Source: Candidatus Thorarchaeota archaeon (GTDB lineage Archaea; Asgardarchaeota; Thorarchaeia; Thorarchaeales; Thorarchaeaceae). From it: a stretch of DNA of 10,717 nt. The translations under genes and the position numbers were made by a program. The notes under the pieces are model-generated. The model saw nothing but the letters and a program-made list of their open reading frames with translations. It was not told the DNA's origin and ran no database searches. Positions 6,751 through 10,717 of this stretch are shown one piece after another. Every line of letters starts with the position of its first letter. Position 1 is the first letter of the stretch. Location: positions 6,375 to 17,091 of the forward strand of contig JBHLRS010000056.1 in assembly GCA_048882325.1 (NCBI GenBank), written 5' to 3'.

Positions 6751-7330
6751 GTTCCTCCCCTGCAGCAATCTTCTGTCCCGTGACCTTCACGGTGTGAAGA
6801 AACCCCGAGAGGTGCTTCTTTCCCTCCTCATAGAGCAATAGCTGAGCGGCTGGGAGAAAGATATGAAGTGCCATAGGATAGAGGACTCGTACTATATCGA
6901 AGTTTCTTACGTCAGGGAATCCACAAGTCGCAGCCAACACTAAGCGTGGAAACCTGTTCACTCTAGTGGGATGGCTAGTTTCTCCATCACGAGCCACCAT
7001 CTCTGGGAGTGTGAATACAAAGGTTCTCTCGAGCAGTTTCTGTAAATAGTGGGTCACGTTGCGACCGTAGATTGGAGTGCCAAGAAGCATTACATCTGCA
7101 TCTGCAATTGCAGGAAGTAATGTATCCATGTCATCCCGTTGAATGCATTTGCCTGGTGTCACCCACCAACAATTGAAACATCCACGACATCCATTGATGT
7201 TCAGGTCGACAATGTGGTGTTTCTCAACATCCGCCCCCGACGACCTTGCTCCCACAATGAACGCTTCCAGTAACACATCTGTAGTACCCTTGGATTTTCT
7301 AGGACTTGCATTGAAGACTAGAAGCCTCAT
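6644..7330 (-). CDS. Flavodoxin-family iron-sulfur flavoprotein (Isf-like / NADPH-dependent FMN reductase)
   Basis: NASPRKSKGTT FMN-phosphate loop, Cys motif CRGCFNCWWVTPGKC followed by DDM, and GTPIY. Confidence 0.93.
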   Translation of the reverse strand: MRLLVFNASPRKSKGTTDVLLEAFIVGARSSGADVEKHHIVDLNINGCRGCFNCWWVTPGKCIQRDDMDTLLPAIADADVMLLGTPIYGRNVTHYLQKLLERTFVFTLPEMVARDGETSHPTRVNRFPRLVLAATCGFPDVRNFDIVRVLYPMALHIFLPAAQLLLYEEGKKHLSGFLHTVKVTGQKIAAGEELTQEMKDELVVEFSDEMKREIVEMHNRLSESRNQQ

Positions 7331-7386
7331 GTTTCTAAACTTCTTTCCATACCATTATAGAATAGGTATTCACGCAATGTGACCTT

Positions 7387-8547
7387 CTAACTTCCCTCAA
7401 ACTCAACGCATCTCACCCCTCCTTTAAGACCAGCTGCAAAACAACGGTTGCAGGATATGCATCGAGCAGGCTCCTGAGTCCCTGTTTTTGCTTCTTCAGA
7501 CCAACGAAGCAAGAGTGCTGGTTCACTGATCAGTGGACGACTAAGCTGAATTATATCGAAAGCGGCTGCTGGATCTCCATCACCTGTTAGCAATCTAACG
7601 ACAGTTTCAGGAGACCGGATACCTCCAACTAACCCGAATTTCAGGCCACTGTCTTGTGCGATGGATCGGATGACCATTGCATCATCCAAGAAATATGTGT
7701 CACTCAAATCCTTTGGTTTTCGAGTTGGGTTTGGACCACTGACTACCACACAATATGCACCAGCCTCAGCCAATTTCTTCGTTAGCTCGCCTACTTCTTC
7801 AGGTCTGACGGAATCCGAGCTTGAATCCACCTTTACTTGGATCGGAATATCAACAGTGCCCTTGACAGCTTGTACAACATCCACCATTGCTTTACAGCGT
7901 CCTTCGATTGATTTTCCTGTATACGGGTCATTCTCTGGGCGATGATTATAGGTTGGGTCAAAGAATTGCCAGAGACCATAGTGATGAGCTCCGTGGATCT
8001 CGATGGCATCAAATCCAGCTTTTTCAGCTCTTACTGCTGCATCTGCATAAGCTTGAATGACCTCCTCAACATGATCCAGCGTCATGGCCTTTACCTGAAC
8101 ATTTTCTCTCTTAAGACCAGGGACTTCCATGTCACTGGGTCCGAAGATATCATTGCCTGAATATTTTGGCAAACTCTTGCACCCACAATGGACCAATTGA
8201 GCTGCTGCTAGACAACCTGAGGAATGAATTCTTTCCACTAACCGAGTAAGACCTTCAACATCGTCAGACTTTGAATTCGAAATCATTCGCCGAACTGACT
8301 GTCCCTCATGCATCACGTATTGAAAACCCGTCACCACGATGCCTGCTCGGATTTTGCCATATGTTTCAATGATTGTATCTCCACATTTTCCATCCTCTTC
8401 TGCCTGTCCCATCCAAGTCGCAGCCCGCATGATTCGACTAGAGGCAACTTTCCCATTTGGCAATTCGAGTTTCTCATGCACAGTGCTTTCCCATGTGTCC
8501 TGATCTATCATTGAATCCACTCGCAAATCTCTAACTCTTAGACTCAA
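7387..8547 (-). CDS. NADH:flavin oxidoreductase / Old Yellow Enzyme family protein with C-terminal 4-Cys motif
   Basis: RIMRAAT, AAQLVHCG, AEKAGFDAIEIHGAHHY, VGGIRS, SRPLISEP and CISCNRC-x10-C. The exact start is uncertain (TTG 8547 or the downstream ATG). Confidence 0.93.
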   Translation of the reverse strand: MSLRVRDLRVDSMIDQDTWESTVHEKLELPNGKVASSRIMRAATWMGQAEEDGKCGDTIIETYGKIRAGIVVTGFQYVMHEGQSVRRMISNSKSDDVEGLTRLVERIHSSGCLAAAQLVHCGCKSLPKYSGNDIFGPSDMEVPGLKRENVQVKAMTLDHVEEVIQAYADAAVRAEKAGFDAIEIHGAHHYGLWQFFDPTYNHRPENDPYTGKSIEGRCKAMVDVVQAVKGTVDIPIQVKVDSSSDSVRPEEVGELTKKLAEAGAYCVVVSGPNPTRKPKDLSDTYFLDDAMVIRSIAQDSGLKFGLVGGIRSPETVVRLLTGDGDPAAAFDIIQLSRPLISEPALLLRWSEEAKTGTQEPARCISCNRCFAAGLKGGVRCVEFEGS

Positions 8548-8739
8548 GAGGTGTGTCTTTCAGCGTGAGTTCATCCGAGTATATAGGCTTGATGTGACTA
8601 CACAATAAATGGTGGATTGAGTGGGATTCACACAGAACTTGTTTAGAATTTAGAGTTCACAGATAGAAAAATAAAAACCTAGGCGCACTTACTTGGTATA
8701 TTGCTGTTGACTCTGAATACTTTGGTCATGGTGTAATCC

Positions 8740-9213
8740 TTGTCTAGTTTCAAAATACGGCTCGCAAATAGTAGTGATGCATCAAGCATCTCGAATCTCT
8801 ACTCCGAGGTCTGGAGTGAGTACGCTGATAGGTTTCCTGATGAGCTATTGAGATCAAGAACACCATCACCTGGCGAAACTCTGTTGTGGCTGGAAACTGA
8901 CACGTATTTTGTTGCTGTGACTGAAGACGAACTTGTTGGTGTCGTTGGATGTATTTCCAAACATGGAACCCTTTACCTGACCCACATGGTGGTCAAGGTT
9001 GGTCATAGGCGACAGGGTATCGGTCAGGCTTTGGTTGAGACAGTAATCGAAACCGCAAGGAAACGCAAAGCAAAGAAGGTCTGGTTGAACACTGTACCCT
9101 TTCTCACAGAAGCAATCTCTCTCTATAAGAAGAATGGATTCAAAAGGTGTGCATATATGAGAAAGCATCTTTGGGGTCTGGATGTTGAGTTATATGAGCT
9201 GATTCTTGAATAG
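8740..9213 (+). CDS. GNAT family N-acetyltransferase
   Basis: Acetyl-CoA motif A VVKVGHRRQGIGQAL and motif B AISLYKKNGF. GGTG lies upstream of the TTG start. Confidence 0.93.
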   Translation: MSSFKIRLANSSDASSISNLYSEVWSEYADRFPDELLRSRTPSPGETLLWLETDTYFVAVTEDELVGVVGCISKHGTLYLTHMVVKVGHRRQGIGQALVETVIETARKRKAKKVWLNTVPFLTEAISLYKKNGFKRCAYMRKHLWGLDVELYELILE

Positions 9214-9299
9214 AATGTCCCCGTCTGCTTGATATTTTACTAGTTGCCAAGCATTTTGGAGTTTGACTGACGGGAATAGTAGACGAGGTGAGATTCGCG

Positions 9300-9839
9300 C
9301 TAGCTTTGTATGAGTTTCTCGTGAACACCCTTTACAGTGTTCCAGTTTCTGGTTGTCGCAGAAATGTCGAGCTGGTCTTCAATGAACTTGTTAGGAGCCC
9401 CATACCTGCCCTTATACAGGAACGTCTGACTATACACTTCAGACTCTGTCACCTTGATAATCTCCACATCTCTGTTCTTAGACCACATCTGCATAGCATT
9501 GCTTGGTGAGTATTTGGAAGGAAGAAATGTTACGTACAATTTACTGGCGTCTGCTTGTCTCCCTTCAAACGGAGCAACTTCAAGAAGCTCTACGATTTGT
9601 TTTGATGAACGGAGAAAGACTCCTATATCTCGACCACTTATCTCGCACAATCTCTCACTGATCAATTGGGTGACCTTTTCTGGTCTATCCTCTGTTTCAA
9701 ACAGGATGTTTCCACTCGCTTTGAAGCTTGACACATCACTGAATCCGAGGTCTACGAATCCTCTCCGTACCTCCTGCATCTTCAATATGTTGCGGCCGCC
9801 GACATTGATTCCTCGCAAGAATGCCACATAACGTTTCAT
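9300..9839 (-). CDS. DUF1697 domain-containing protein
   Basis: Diagnostic N-terminus YVAFLRGINVGG, SGNILF and C-terminal ATTRNWNTV. Confidence 0.95.
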   Translation of the reverse strand: MKRYVAFLRGINVGGRNILKMQEVRRGFVDLGFSDVSSFKASGNILFETEDRPEKVTQLISERLCEISGRDIGVFLRSSKQIVELLEVAPFEGRQADASKLYVTFLPSKYSPSNAMQMWSKNRDVEIIKVTESEVYSQTFLYKGRYGAPNKFIEDQLDISATTRNWNTVKGVHEKLIQS

Positions 9840-9842
9840 AAC

Positions 9843-10130
9843 TTAGTTTGGGCCAGTTGTCGATTTAAAGATTGGAGTCTTATCCATCTCACTGAGCGTT
9901 GATACAAACCTAAGAGAGAACCATAGCCCCATCAGTGATAATATCAATCCTAGCGGAGCAGCAAGATACCGAAGGGTCGAGTTGACTAGACCAGATACCA
10001 ATGCATAGACAGATGGTGTGGATGCAACTGTAAACATGAGAACAGCTGGACCCAAAATATTGTATGACTCTGTTCTCCTCTTGAAAATCCAATAAATGAC
10101 ATATACGAGTAGAAGATCCATGGGCATCAA
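9843..10130 (-). CDS. Small membrane protein (about 3 TM helices), possibly 5'-truncated
   Basis: 95-aa hydrophobic ORF whose stop is 3 nt before the DUF1697 start, suggesting an operon. There is no clear RBS, and in-frame TAA and TAG codons lie just upstream. Confidence 0.6.
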   Translation of the reverse strand: MMPMDLLLVYVIYWIFKRRTESYNILGPAVLMFTVASTPSVYALVSGLVNSTLRYLAAPLGLILSLMGLWFSLRFVSTLSEMDKTPIFKSTTGPN

Positions 10131-10207
10131 AAGAATCTATGCTGATTACTTCGCTGTTGTGAATGAGAATTGATTGCCGCATTGTGGTTAATATAATTGC
10201 CAAAAAC

Positions 10208-10263
10208 AGGTTAACTTATAAGGAAGTTAACCTTGACTATAAGTTGCCTAAATCAGGTCAACT
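10208..10263. promoter_or_regulatory. Palindromic operator array overlapping a symmetric TATA box upstream of the HTH regulator
   Basis: Perfect 10-bp inverted repeat AGGTTAACTT-N6-AAGTTAACCT (10208-10233) overlaps CTTATAAG (10215-10222). Further half-sites are AGTTGCCT (10242-10249) and AGGTCAACT (10255-10263). Confidence 0.75.
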
Positions 10264-10286
10264 CTCAAACTGAGGAATCGCGTGGT

Positions 10287-10717
10287 ATGTTCAACAACCT
10301 TCGATATCCAACTTCACAACAAGGACTCATCTGGCTCAGACGTCGTCAGAGAGTGAGGCCATCGGAGATTGCAGAAGAACTGAACGTGACTCGTCCATTT
10401 GTTAGTAAAGCTCAGAGAGTTGCGGAGGCACGAATCGACAAGCTGCTTCGGCATGCGGCATCGATTAACCGAATCAAGGTACAACACATCAGTACAAAGT
10501 ATGGTATAGCTATTGGTTTCTGCCAAGCATACGACACTGACACCTACATTCTCTACTCGCCCAAGATAGGTATCCAGACATGGTTTGCCCACAAGGGTGT
10601 ATGTGGAACCTGCGAAGAACTTGACCAATGCAATGACACCCTTCGACAGCTAGCCGAGGAATGGGAGGTCCCCATTCCTGATGACAGGCCTCCCACTGAT
10701 CTATCAGTGTACCTGTT
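10287..10717 (+). CDS. Archaeal HTH transcriptional regulator with C-terminal H-x3-C-x2-C-x5-C putative metal site (truncated by the window edge)
   Basis: Manual translation: MFNNLRYPTSQQGLIWLRRRQRVRPSEIAEELNVTRPFVSKAQRVAEARI...QTWFAHKGVCGTCEELDQCNDTLRQLAEEWEVPIPDDRPPTDLSVYL. SEIAEELNVTRPFVSK is a sigma70-region-4-like HTH. GAGGA lies at 10272-10276. Absent from the ORF track because there is no stop codon in the window. Confidence 0.92.
   Translation, partial: MFNNLRYPTSQQGLIWLRRRQRVRPSEIAEELNVTRPFVSKAQRVAEARIDKLLRHAASINRIKVQHISTKYGIAIGFCQAYDTDTYILYSPKIGIQTWFAHKGVCGTCEELDQCNDTLRQLAEEWEVPIPDDRPPTDLSVYL

Noticed and set aside
3826-9831. Short opposite-strand ORFs (3826..4038, 4655..4930, 7143..7382, 7661..7945, 7942..8160, 8308..8514, 8866..9168, 9140..9328, 9288..9509, 9454..9831)
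   Set aside because: Shadow ORFs overlapping confidently assigned genes.
9910-10203. ORF 9910..10203 as a gene or as a frameshifted N-terminus of the small membrane protein
   Set aside because: It overlaps the hydrophobic ORF in another frame, starts within ~12 nt of the TATA/operator, and is not convincingly protein-like. A frameshift cannot be supported without homologues.
10314-10628. Minus-strand 104-aa ORF
   Set aside because: Antisense shadow of the HTH regulator.

Overview
Archaeal-looking accessory region. TATA-box promoters, GGTGA/GGAGG ribosome-binding sites, frequent TTG/GTG starts and an archaeal-type HTH regulator point to Archaea; an Asgard/Thorarchaeota-like origin is my unverified impression. 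Two real genes are missing from the ORF track because they run off the window edges: a >498-aa acidic secreted protein (minus strand, 1496 to <1) and an HTH regulator with a Cys/His metal site (10287 to >10717). Between them lie nitroreductase, flavin reductase, a DUF1801 remnant, a polytopic membrane protein, a small alpha/beta-barrel-like protein, an orphan amino-methyltransferase, an exported YtcJ-like amidohydrolase, an iron-sulfur flavoprotein, an Old Yellow Enzyme, a GNAT acetyltransferase, DUF1697 and a small membrane protein. I saw no rRNA, tRNA, CRISPR or transposase. The most interesting non-coding signals are a strand-specific multi-stem RNA fold in the ~150-nt leader of the secreted protein gene (1525-1642), a box C/D-like sRNA candidate (5216-5277), and a palindromic operator array over the HTH gene's TATA box (10208-10263). 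All folds and family calls were made by eye.
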